DNA from: Phoronis australis
Lineage: Eukaryota > Animalia > Phoronida
Length of the DNA stretch: 64,000 bases
Direction: 5' to 3'
Assembly (NCBI GenBank): GCA_002633005.1
Contig: NMRA01000094.1
Coordinates: forward strand, 148,208 to 212,207
Shown here: piece by piece, positions 25,001-33,975 of the stretch
How positions within the stretch are numbered: the stretch's first letter is position 1
How the letters are laid out: each line of letters begins with the position of its first letter
The notes under the pieces: model-generated
What the model saw: the letters and a program-made list of their open reading frames with translations, nothing else
Databases searched by the model: none
What the model was told of the DNA's origin: nothing
Program-made: the position numbers and the translations under genes

Positions 25001-28000
25001 GAGAAAAATGGAAATCAAATGAGAGGAAATCGAAACCAAAAAAGAGGAAATCCTCTTAAAAGAGGAAAATTCCAAGCCCTAGGGTTTATGCAGTTTCGTG
25101 TGGCGATTGTTCACCTGCACCGTGGTGTTTCCGATAACCCGACAACTGTCATACGATTGTTCACCCGCACGTGGTCTTTCCGATAACCCGGCTACTGTCG
25201 TACAACTGTTCACCTGCACGTGGTGTTTCCGATAGCCCTACCTGCACATAGTGTTTCCTTATAATCTGGCTACTGTTATACTGTTGTTCACCTGCACATG
25301 ATGTTTCCGATAACCCGGCTACTATCATACGATTGTTCCTCTCCACGTGGTGTTTCCAATAGCCCGGCTACTTTCCGATAACAAATTTACAAGTTCCTCA
25401 ACTATTCCTGTATCACTATTCTAATTTCAGGTCATAAGTTCATTTTCCAACTGATACCTGGCCAGAAGTACTACACAACTGTCAAGGCGTGTAACGACGT
25501 TAACCTTTGCACCACAGCAACATCAGACGGAGTGATTGCTGACGATACGCCTCCTCTGCCGGGGATAATCCGAGTTGGTTATGATGACTTTCATTCAGTG
25601 TACCAAGCGGAAACGTATGTTGTATATGCAACTGAAAATATTTTATATTGTAAATCGGTTGAGTGTGCAGGTTGGATCCGAGACACAAGAACCCACTGTG
25701 CTCTACTTAATTTCCATTGTTCTTACCTGTTGCTGACTATTGCTTATTCACCCGGGTTTGTTCGAGCTTAGTACGTTTCTGTTTAAGGTAATTCCAATCT
25801 GGTTAGGAATATGTAAACAATAACGGGTCTCTACAACACTTTCCAAATATTTATCACGGAAGGCACATTGAAGCTGGTATATTTCAGAGTCTTATACTTC
25901 GACGCATTCTTCTATTTCACGTAAACTTGGTCACATGTTATTTCAACCGAGCAAAGATTTTAAGTCTTCGTGGCCCAAGGTCGCAGAGAGCTCGAGACAC
26001 CCTGACGTCACTCGTTTCCTATATTGGTGGCTGTGCTTGCACTTTCCGCGTGCATCCCTGGAGTTTTCTCACCACGAATTGGGTAGATATTGAGGCAGAT
26101 GCAAAGGAAAACCAAAACTGCTAATTTGAGCACATACGTAAACGTCCAAAAGCTCACTTCAAGCGTTTTCGGCCGATAAGAACGCAGGCACCAAAAACGA
26201 ACTCGAAAAACTCTAGTTATTGAAAGAGACAAAAAATAAATTTGCAACAAGGGGGCGCCAGAGTAGTTGGACCCGTCCGAAAATCAATGTTAGCATTGCT
26301 GTCCTCAATACACGGGCGGCGCACCATAGCATGGGCGGCGCACTATAGGGGGGGCTGGGGGGAGCTACAGCCCCTCCACCACTTTTTTCTGCGCAACGCC
26401 GCACATGGTCTATAGACAGTGCACCACAGGGGGCTGAGGGGGCTTTAGCCCCCCATTTTTTTCAGTGCTGCGCCACCCATGCATAGGGGGCTGGGGGGCT
26501 AAAGCCCCCCACTTTTTTCAGTCTACGCCAAGCATGGTCTATAGGCGGTGCAATGTGCAATACAGGGGGGCTGAGGCGGCTTTAGCCCCCACTTTTTCAG
26601 TGTTGCGCCGCCCATGCAATAGGGACAAATATATCATATTTCATATAGAGGTGCATCCCTGAACTACTAAAGTATTGTGGACACAGACAAAAATATAAAA
26701 TTGGTACGAGATGGTGCCACGGAAGTTGGACCTGTCGAAAGTAAAGGTTAGCCGTGCTATGTCTTCAACAGGAACTCAACTGCTAAATTTCATAATAATC
26801 CAGAGGGGGATCCAGGGGTCCGTCACTCCTGTTTGGTCACCTTTACATCGTTGAGGATGGGGCACTTCGCAATGAACGGGGGAGGTATGGTCCCCTTCGT
26901 GTCCCCGTGCCTACGCCAGGGCCTATATTATATTAAACCAAGTCTTGAACAGCCAGGGTCTAAAACTACTCACACAATGCGGCTTCTTCACCTATCACTT
27001 GACTTGCCTCCGTTTGAATGTTGCCCAAGCATTGTTAGACTGCCTGGATCACCTGGAATAATCAAAATCTGTCCAGGAAAGCTTGAAAGAAATTGTAAAC
27101 TCAAACACTTGAAGATCTTCCATGCACGTATTTTATGATTTGTTAATTACTAACGTGCGTTTTTCAAATTTTTCGTTGTGGGACATTTTTTAAAAGTAAT
27201 TTGCTTTGTTTCAACCTCTGTGGGTGTTGAACATGTTAAATGTCTGTTTTAGGTCGTCCATTACAATTCGATGGTTCGGATTCCATGACCCACATTCGTA
27301 TCTTGACCATTACGAATGGTGCATTGGGGCAGATGCCGCTGATGACTGCAGTGAAATCTCGTACACCAATGCGCATCTGTCTCAAGAAGTTTACAAGGGT
27401 GGGTTGTCGCTAACAGCTCATAAGAAACTGTACGTAAAGATAAAGGCAACAAACAATGCGCAACTTGTTACCGTGGCTTCTTCAACCCATTTCATTATCG
27501 ACAACACTGCTCCGACGGTGAAAACTACACCAGCATTCAATGTGAACGGCTTGTCAAGAAAGGCAAACACACAGTTTGATCGTTCAATAGTTCGTATTAC
27601 ATGGGAATTCACGGATGCACAAAGCCCTATTGTTCGTCATGCTGTCAGCGTGAAGTCGCATGACGACAACGAACACCCTGTTGCAGATTACCAAATGGAT
27701 TCTGCGAGGCACGTGACATTTGAACTATCTGGTGGGCGCCAAATGGCCGACGGTGATCAATACTGGGCGAAAGTGTATGGCTGTAACGCTGCAGGATTGT
27801 GCACCATAGGTACATCCGCCGCTTTACTAGTTGACTCCACGCCACCCCATTTAGGTCACTTCAAGCATACTCTTACATATGGAGGTAGCGGGGCTACGGC
27901 ATCTTTGGAGTGGGAAGAATTTTACGATGGACAATCTGGTATAGAGAAGTACGTAATTGCTTTTGGGAGTAATTATCATTCTTGGGATGTTTTGGCACCA

Positions 28001-31000
28001 ACGGACGTTTCTCACAATGCAAATTCCCCGACCCAAAGTCACACTTTTACTCTTGCGAAGACATTGAATGTAGGAGACGTAGTTTACATAACCATATATG
28101 CCGTCAACGGTGCGGGAATGACATCAGATATTGGGCAGACGTCAGTTGAAGTTGTTGCCCCGGACAAACTCTTTATCCAGCGACATTCTTGCGTGGTTTT
28201 TGGCTGTAAGAAAGTTTGTTCTTGCGGCGAGTACGGTGGCACGTTTTATAACTGCCGACACAACGGAGCGGCACAATCTTGCCCAGCTGTGTCGGCACCG
28301 GGCGCTCTCACAGTTGTGGATGGTCTTGACATTAACAACAATCAAGCGTACACAGGTTCTGATAAATGTCTCTCGGGAACGTGGTCGTCGCACAACGATG
28401 CTGTCCGATATGAATGGGGATTTGGAAAAAAAGGCGATGGGATTGGATCAGCACTGTTCAACTTCGCCACTGAGAAATTTATATTTGACAATGGTCTTGT
28501 TACAATAGGTGTCTACTGTTTACCATTCAATAAAAAGCTTGATCAGAGCACGGAATATTCATTGTATGTTCGATACTGGTGGAGCGCCAACCAATACACC
28601 GAAAAGGAATCGACTGGCGTCAAGGTAGATCATACGCCTCCCGCTGTTGCCAGGGGATATGGTGTCCTGGATACGGCTTCCTCATCGGCAAATGTTGACA
28701 TCGAATATACGACTTCAACCAGTGCCATATATGCTCGATGGGATAATACATTTAGAGACAGTGACAGTGGAATTGACCACTATGAAGTGATGGTCGGAAC
28801 GACTATGGAGGGTGAGTGTATTTTACATTTAAAGGACCAGTCAGAGGTATTGAACACTGCAAAGGGAAGGTAGGCACAACTATGTGAGTGAGTGTAATAC
28901 ACATGTAGAGACCAGCCTACCGTTCAGTAACGCTAGGACATCGCTAAAAAGCAAGACTTCAAGAGATCACGTGAGATATTGCCGTGTATTTCAAATGAGA
29001 ACACGTGACTTTGGATATGTTTAGCTAGGTACTAGCGTAGGTCTTAGCGTTACTGAACACACGTCAGGTCAGTGATATTGAGCACCACAAAAGGATTATA
29101 GACACGATTTTGTGAGTGTAGTACACATGTAGAAACCAAGTCAGTGATTCTGAGCACTACTACAACTTTGGAGGGTGAGAATATAAAACATTTAGACTCC
29201 TAGTCAGTGGTAGTGAACATTACGAAGAGATGATGGGCGCGGCTACGTAAGGTGAGTGCATTGCATACTTAGAGACAGAGTCAGTGGTACTGAGCACTTC
29301 AAAGGGATGATCGGCGCGGCTACGTATGGTGAGTGCATTGCATTCTTTGAGACCGAGTCAGTGGTACTGAGCACTTCAAAGGGATGGTAGGCACGGCTAC
29401 ATCGTGTGAGATTATTATACATTTAAAGAACCAGTCTGTGATATTGAACACTACAAAGGGATGATAGACACAACTGTAGAAGGTAAAATATTTGTAAGAT
29501 AGCCTTGTCTTTGAAAAAAAAACGTAGTATTAACCATTTCCGAGTTGTAACTTATAGACCAAAATAATGTGTGTGTGTGAAACTTGTAAAAAAAACTTTT
29601 TATTTTCCAGGAAACGAACTTGTTGAGTTTGAGAACGTGGGCACGGCGACAACATTTTCCAAGACTGGATTAAGCATTCCTGCGGGAACTAAATATTACG
29701 TTACTGTTCGTGCTGTAAATGGCGTCGGTCTGACAGCCAACAAGTCGTCTGACGGTGTTATTGTTGACAACGAACCGCCTCTTGCGGGAGCCGTTTTCAA
29801 TGGTATATGGAAGCACGCCCATCGCTACATGTCAAACTCAGATACGCTGGAGATCAGTTGGATTGGATTTGACGACAGGCATTCGTTCATCAAAGAATAT
29901 CACTGGGGCATTGGTAGTAGTAAAAACCAGGCCGATGTCAAAAGTTTCGTAAACGTTGGCATTTTGAATCGAGTTAGCAACCCTAAAGTATCACTAACAC
30001 ATGGCTCAACGTACTACGTGGTTGTGAAGGCTGTGGATGCGGCTGGTCAACAAACAATCGCTGCCTCTCCACCATTTATGTACGACGAGTCTCCTCCTAT
30101 TGGTTATCAATCGTCTTCTCTTGGATCTGATGTCGCGTCAAACGGTAATTTTGCAGGCATCAGTGAGAGCAACTTCAATTCAGCATGGACCGTCGTTGGC
30201 ACAAGCACATTCAACGCCGGCACTGGTTTGACCTTATTGGGAAAACTCTCTCAGACAATCACCATTCCCTCGTTTTCGCTATACCAGTTTGTTGTACAAA
30301 CTGCGCCTCCGTGTAACCAGCTATATTCTGAAATTAGTATCGGCGCTCATACATACATTCTAGATTTAACAGATGGATTGACTGTGTGCACATTTACGAT
30401 GACCACTCCTATTGAGGAAGGCTCAGTTGAGCTCAGTTTGAACGAGGATGTGGGAATAAATGTGACCAAAATAAGCCTTAAGAAAGTTACCAACACTTCA
30501 CCGTTGGATGCTGCCTTGTCGATAACCATCCATCAAACTGGTATGACAGATTTGTTTGTACACTGGTCGACTACTGACATCGAGAGCAGAATCCGTTATG
30601 CTCGAATAGGACTTGGATCGACATCTGGAGGTCTTCAACTTGCTCCTCTGGAGAATGTCGGCCGCAGACCGTCGAAAGCTTACCGCGATCTCCCTCTTAA
30701 ACATGGCCTTCCTGTGTATGTTTCGCTACTCGTAGTGAACGAAGCGGATGAGCAGACAACCATAATCTCGGCACCAAAGATAATTGACTGGTTAGCGCCC
30801 ACCATATCAAATATAACCTTAAAATTCATTCTCAATAATCCAACGTCAATTGATGTTACTGCCAACTGGGTTGTACAGGCAGAAAGCGGCATAGAAAAGT
30901 GCTTCTGGGCTTTAGGTAAGTTTCCACTTAGTTTTTTTGTGTTTATGTTGAATAGTCTTTCAAATTTAAGTCACGTGTGAGTATTTTACTCATCAATATT

Positions 31001-32399
31001 GAAAGTAACAAGAGCATGTCTGGAACATAACATATACACAAACGCGACTATGGGCGTTTCAGAATTAGATAACTCTTTTGTTTCCTTCCTGAGCACTGAG
31101 AATTTTTGCGGCACTATTGGAGAAAGGTTGTTTACAAAATTTCTTAACTTGTATGAACATTTTTATACTTCGCCAGGTCTAGTGCACGGTAACACAGACG
31201 TCTTGCAGTGGACGGCTACTGATGCTACCACTACCAGCACAGCGTCTGCATTGTCTCTATCGCACGGCGCCAAGATCTATCCGTCAATTAGATGTATCAG
31301 CCACGCTCACTTGGAAGTCACTACTGTCGGTGATCCTCTTCTCATCGTCATTACACCGCCAGATGTCTCTTCGGCGTCACTGACGGCTGAACCTCTCTCG
31401 TCAACTTTCTTCAAAGCCCTCTCTGGGTACCAGTCGAGCACAGAGTTCCTGGACTTAGCTATAGCCGGTGTTACTGATAACGCTGGCATCCGTGAATACC
31501 ACATCAAGCTATGTGATAATGAAACTGGAGAAGTGCTTATGGATTACTTTGAGCTTGCCGAACACACACATTTCATCCTAAATCAGATTCCCTTGAATGA
31601 AAGCGACCTCTATAACGAAACTTGCTTCAACGTATCCCTCAAGCCGTCGGAGAAAGTAACAGCCCTTCCCAGTCACCTCGTGCCTTCGGCTGAGAACAGC
31701 ACCGTTGTGATCGTATCAGCATCCCAGAGTTTGCTCTTTGTTTCATCAACCTTGTCTGCTGAAAGTACGCCGTCGTCATCGTTGTCGTCTCCGTGGTCAT
31801 CAACAGCAGGGACTACGACGATACTAACGTCACCATCCTCAGCGGAGTCAGTCACTACACCTTCAGCATCTGTCACCAATCAGACATTGAACGCTACCAT
31901 TGACCAAAAGAATGCAACCAATGACTCATGGCAAAATTTCATAAAGAATCTACAAAAGATCGATATTTCCCAGCCCACGCACACTGTTGTCTGTGAAAGA
32001 GATTACTTCATCAAAACGTTCACTGTTTCTTTTAAAGCTGTCAATATGGGCGGAATGGAAAGCAACCCAGTCTCCACTCAAGTGTCCTTCTACGTTGGAC
32101 CACCCGAGCTGACAGGTAAAGAGCCGACATTGTACCGAAATAACATTACGTCAAAAATTCACATCGACTGGCACAACGTATTTAAGTATACCGGACCGGC
32201 AGACCTGCGCTACGTGCTATCGATGGGCATGGAGGCTGGTATGGTTAGCATTGTGAAGCGTGTGGACACGAAGAACACCAACTATCAGATTCCAACTCAT
32301 ATCTACAGATTTCACGTGAATTACACAGCAACTATCGACGCCATAACCCCGTTTGGGACGTATCACTCGCTCACGTCGAAGATTATCAATACTTTTTGA
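949..32399 (+). CDS. Giant secreted multidomain protein (~3369 aa): signal peptide - EMI - EGF/NIM-like - many FN3/Ig-like repeats - CBM4/9-like - Ser/Thr-rich; 24-exon model
   Basis: Manual exon chain, all GT-AG with consistent phases: 949-1007, 4696-4815, 5062-5147, 5253-5354, 6348-6497, 7125-7238, 7704-7964, 9288-9441, 9742-10348, 11334-11478, 13152-13315, 13570-13854, 14428-14762, 15404-16050, 16229-17367, 19051-19834, 20283-20399, 20550-20860, 23654-23761, 24473-24623, 25431-25614, 27253-28811, 29611-30915, 31177-32399. Sum is 10110 nt, an open frame ending TGA. Exon 1 is the least certain. Confidence 0.88.
2591..3145 (-). repeat. Degenerate satellite-like interspersed repeat, related to 58868-60125
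   Basis: Internal direct repeat 2591-2703 vs 3025-3144; CCCCTAGTGGCAAT and GGAGTTCCTGGACGGATTTTAATGAAATTTG are reverse complements of motifs at ~59027-59130. Confidence 0.55.
4696..4815 (+). CDS. Giant gene exon 2, EMI domain N-half (LSGVPNSVCTRYESEWYSQSYTHTWYETCVDWDFRCTRR)
   Basis: tttcag| ... |gtgagt; N-x-x-C...Y...C...RC pattern typical of EMI domains. Confidence 0.85.
5062..5147 (+). CDS. Giant gene exon 3, EMI C-half (TRYRNAYRTKTIHFCCSGYTDNGSGYCV)
   Basis: cttccag| ... |gtaagt; YR..Y...CCxGY signature. Confidence 0.88.
5253..5354 (+). CDS. Giant gene exon 4, EGF/NIM-like module (PVCYGSTSCPNGGTCSLPDRCTSCNIEYYSPKCD)
   Basis: ttttgcag| ... |gtaagt; phase 1-1; C-x-NGGTC-x-x-P-x-x-C pattern. 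Confidence 0.88.
6348..6497 (+). CDS. Giant gene exon 5, Cys-rich module
   Basis: ccatag| ... |gtgagt; phase 1-1; part of ORF 6329..6541. Confidence 0.82.
7125..7238 (+). CDS. Giant gene exon 6, EGF-like (RCSWLQYQCFPGSCSNGYPSSCSCASGF...C)
   Basis: tttcag| ... |gtaagt; phase 1-1; CxCxxGF motif. Confidence 0.85.
7704..7964 (+). CDS. Giant gene exon 7
   Basis: tttcag| ... CAG|gtacgt; within ORF 7586..7978. Confidence 0.85.
8457..8860. mobile_element. Degenerate MITE-like element
   Basis: Imperfect inverted ends (GGTATTTTCTGAAAATA / TATTTTTGGAAATACC) and repeated AAAATACGCCCATGGGC-type motifs. Confidence 0.4.
9288..9441 (+). CDS. Giant gene exon 8
   Basis: ttccag| ... AA|gtaagt; within ORF 9185..9445. 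Confidence 0.82.
9742..10348 (+). CDS. Giant gene exon 9 (first FN3-like repeat, SGIKEY)
   Basis: ctttag| ... AAG|gtaagt; within ORF 9605..10360. Confidence 0.88.
11334..11478 (+). CDS. Giant gene exon 10
   Basis: ttttcag| ... G|gtaggt; within ORF 11235..11489. Confidence 0.85.
12028..12548. repeat. 56-bp minisatellite, ~9 copies, in intron 10
   Basis: Unit GGCGCCAGTCTAGTTTGAAGTAGTAAAGGTTAGTCAGTTCTTCTCAAGCAACATAC, head-to-tail with no spacers. Confidence 0.95.
13152..13315 (+). CDS. Giant gene exon 11 (ILSFKYHIEK...ADGDTFK)
   Basis: ccgcag| ... AAG|gtattc; open frame and phases link exons 10 and 12. Confidence 0.8.
13570..13854 (+). CDS. Giant gene exon 12
   Basis: ttttag| ... |gtaagt; overlaps ORF 13594..13944. 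Confidence 0.88.
14428..14762 (+). CDS. Giant gene exon 13
   Basis: ttttcag| ... AG|gtgagt; DNSPP...WGGFVDYESGIKYY repeat. Confidence 0.9.
15404..16050 (+). CDS. Giant gene exon 14
   Basis: attcag| ... G|gtaatg; DKTPP and DQTPP repeats. Confidence 0.9.
16229..17367 (+). CDS. Giant gene exon 15
   Basis: atgcag| ... CAG|gtttgt; overlaps ORF 16255..17400. Confidence 0.9.
17535..18943. mobile_element. Non-autonomous DNA transposon, PIF/Harbinger-like
   Basis: ~26-bp imperfect TIRs CAGGCGATTTCATAAAGGTGATTTAA / TTTAAACCACCTGTATGAAATCGGCTG; many subterminal AAACCWGGTTT palindromes; superfamily is an inference. Confidence 0.6.
18410..18570. mobile_element. Short MITE (CATAGGCGGATCC...GGATCCACCCTTG) with 5-bp TSD CTACG, nested in the 17535-18943 element
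   Basis: TIRs and exact TSD visible; related copy at ~62942-63069. Confidence 0.75.
19051..19834 (+). CDS. Giant gene exon 16
   Basis: ttacag| ... G|gtaaag; within ORF 18982..19863. Confidence 0.9.
20283..20399 (+). CDS. Giant gene exon 17 (TSPGAVDVRQFVDVG...GTTYYATVR)
   Basis: ggaag| ... G|gtaatt; completes an FN3-like repeat. Confidence 0.88.
20550..20860 (+). CDS. Giant gene exon 18
   Basis: ttacag| ... |gtaagt; within ORF 20534..21052. Confidence 0.88.
21059..23379. mobile_element. Non-autonomous DNA transposon with ~150-bp imperfect TIRs
   Basis: Ends CAAGGTGTTCCATCGAAATTGGAA / TTCCAATTTCGATGGAACACCCTG, with inverted similarity continuing inward; TSD not resolved. Confidence 0.75.
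21309..22345. mobile_element. Nested MULE/Mutator-like non-autonomous element
   Basis: GG-starting, C-rich TIRs (GGATTATTCTAAAAACCCC... / ...GGGTGTTTTAGCACAATCC); 9-bp TSD ATCTTCCTA / ATATTCCTA. Confidence 0.75.
23654..23761 (+). CDS. Giant gene exon 19 (GTNVVGLTAS...FVYDGDDTSK)
   Basis: ttttag| ... AAG|gtatgc; fits the repeat consensus. Confidence 0.85.
24473..24623 (+). CDS. Giant gene exon 20 (DADYQ...ANWFGFQDAE...YEDIGQST)
   Basis: tcttag| ... G|gtaaat; fits the repeat consensus. Confidence 0.87.
25105..25381. repeat. ~49-bp degenerate minisatellite, 5-6 copies
   Basis: Unit ~GTTCACCTGCACGTGGTGTTTCCGATAACCCGGCTACTGTCATACGATT. Confidence 0.85.
25431..25614 (+). CDS. Giant gene exon 21 (...GQKYYTTVKACN...DDTPP...)
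   Basis: tttcag| ... AC|gtatgt. Confidence 0.88.
26311..26616. mobile_element. CATGGGCGGCGC-family MITE (TSD CAATA) with a second copy of the same family inserted at 26330-26481 (TSD CATAG)
   Basis: Both TIR pairs and both exact 5-bp TSDs are visible. Confidence 0.85.
27253..28811 (+). CDS. Giant gene exon 22
   Basis: ttttag| ... G|gtgagt; within ORF 27206..28873. Confidence 0.92.
28748..29493 (+). repeat. ~77-bp tandem array derived from the exon 22 3' end plus donor site
   Basis: Exonic unit plus about 7 degenerate intronic copies, most ending in GTGAG(T). Confidence 0.85.
28922..29058. mobile_element. Small MITE-like insertion inside the junction array
   Basis: 18-bp inverted ends GTTCAGTAACGCTAGGAC / GTCTTAGCGTTACTGAAC interrupt one unit. 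Confidence 0.6.
29611..30915 (+). CDS. Giant gene exon 23 (FN3-like repeats plus CBM4/9-like NGNF module)
   Basis: ttccag| ... G|gtaagt; within ORF 29571..30980. Confidence 0.92.
31177..32399 (+). CDS. Giant gene terminal exon 24 (Ser/Thr-rich tract, no TM, stop TGA)
   Basis: cgccag|; within ORF 30999..32399; AATAAA at 32441. Confidence 0.9.
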
Positions 32400-32440
32400 G
32401 CAAACTCAGGCCATAACATTTGCATGAAAATCTTATTTAC

Positions 32441-32446
32441 AATAAA
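32441..32446 (+). promoter_or_regulatory. Polyadenylation signal of giant gene
   Basis: AATAAA about 40 nt after the stop codon. Confidence 0.55.
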
Positions 32447-32984
32447 TACACTCACTTGGATCGACTCATTATCTAGCGAGTCCAGACAGTTCATCTCCAT
32501 ATCTGATGTGTTGCTTATAGCACACGCGTAATTAAGAGGAGATAACTGAGCACTGATAACTTTCCTTCTCGGCCAAGGAGCTCAAGTCAATTGGATTTTG
32601 ACGTGGTTAAACCCAGTTAAAGTGAATACATTTTTATGATTTGGACACATGTTGCGGTTACTTTTTTGTGTTCTACATTCATTTGGAATCATTGATCCTT
32701 GGAAATATGCAGTTTTACAAAACGTCGTTTTTACTTTGACTGGTTGAAGGGTTTATTACATTTTATGAATTTTTGCAACGCTTGGTTAACTCTGTGAGTG
32801 CCTGCGAATACAGTTTGAATGATTATCGCTGGGCGAATTTAAGTATAGATACTTCTGGCTTAACATTAATAGTGGCCGAGGTATCTGGACCTCGCTAGTT
32901 CATTTGGAAGTCGATGTAAATGACAAATCCATGTAACGAAAGATTAGCATGTCAATTGTCTTAATGTTTTTCAAATGGATAGTG

Positions 32985-33080
32985 GTCTGATACAACGTGC
33001 CCGAATTTTGAGAACCAGTTTTCCCCACTAAATAACGGGCGTCAAACTGGTTCTCAAAATGCGGGCACGTTATATCAGAC
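32985..33080. repeat. Near-perfect hairpin (37-bp arms, 2 mismatches, 22-nt loop), probably a MITE
   Basis: GTCTGATACAACGTGCCCGAATTTTGAGAACCAGTTT and its inverted copy. Confidence 0.8.
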
Positions 33081-33931
33081 TATTGCCTTAAAATGTGTGA
33101 CACTTCCTGCTTCATTGATTTTATTTGTTGATTTTGTAGTGATTTAGTTTCCATATTTATTTTTTATATTATATTCTATATTTAAGAATTGCTACTTACA
33201 TTGTGCGTGAACTGTTTGCCTCATTTTGAAATTGTTTCAAAGTTCCAAGCATCACTAATCAGGTGAGGCCGAAATTTTAAGTTCCAACTGGAGTTAGTGA
33301 AGAATGTTTCCGTTGAAACAAGCAGTCAACTCTGCTCATTGATTGTTCCATGCTTTTAGTTATGCGTATGCTAATTCGCCGTGGCAAAGGACGCTAACTC
33401 GCCGTATTCAAAGGAAAAAGGGTTCCACCCAAAACCTGGATCAAAACAATAGTTTTTAAAGATGGCGCTGCATAGCTCTTCAATAATCAGCGACTGTATT
33501 AGAAAGTATAGTACAATTTATAGTAGCCACAAATTTGTTTGCTTGGCGTCAGTTACATGATCGTGCATTCTATCTCAGACTTCATTGGACTGTGGTGTGA
33601 CGTGTGGAGGGTATTCCAATAAAAACTGACAGTGTGTTATCTTACGAACATGTTTGAAATAAAGATAAAATTGTGAACGTTTTGCATGAACGTAAACCAA
33701 TGTTATAATTATATCATCCGTGGGCACCGAAAATGTCGATGTCAGCAACTGGGACTTGCAATTTTTGCATGAGCCTACATCTTGTTTAATTTTTTGAAGA
33801 GGTGTATTTGTAGAGCACCTCCTCCTATTAGCGCACTGGTTCATCAATAGCCAGTTATGGTCTGAAACAGTATTCCGCATTAAATTGTCCTTGCGAAGCA
33901 AATGTGAGCACAAACTTCACCCCCCCCCCCC

Positions 33932-33975
33932 NNNNNNNNNNNNNNNNNNNNNNNNNNNNNNNNNNNNNNNNNNNN
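33932..33975. other. Assembly gap (44 N) flanked by poly-C
   Basis: Run of n characters. Confidence 1.

Noticed and set aside
25105-25500. 49-bp minisatellite derived from exon 21
   Set aside because: Shared words (GATA.C.GGC, ACAACTGT) are suggestive but too weak to assert without alignment statistics
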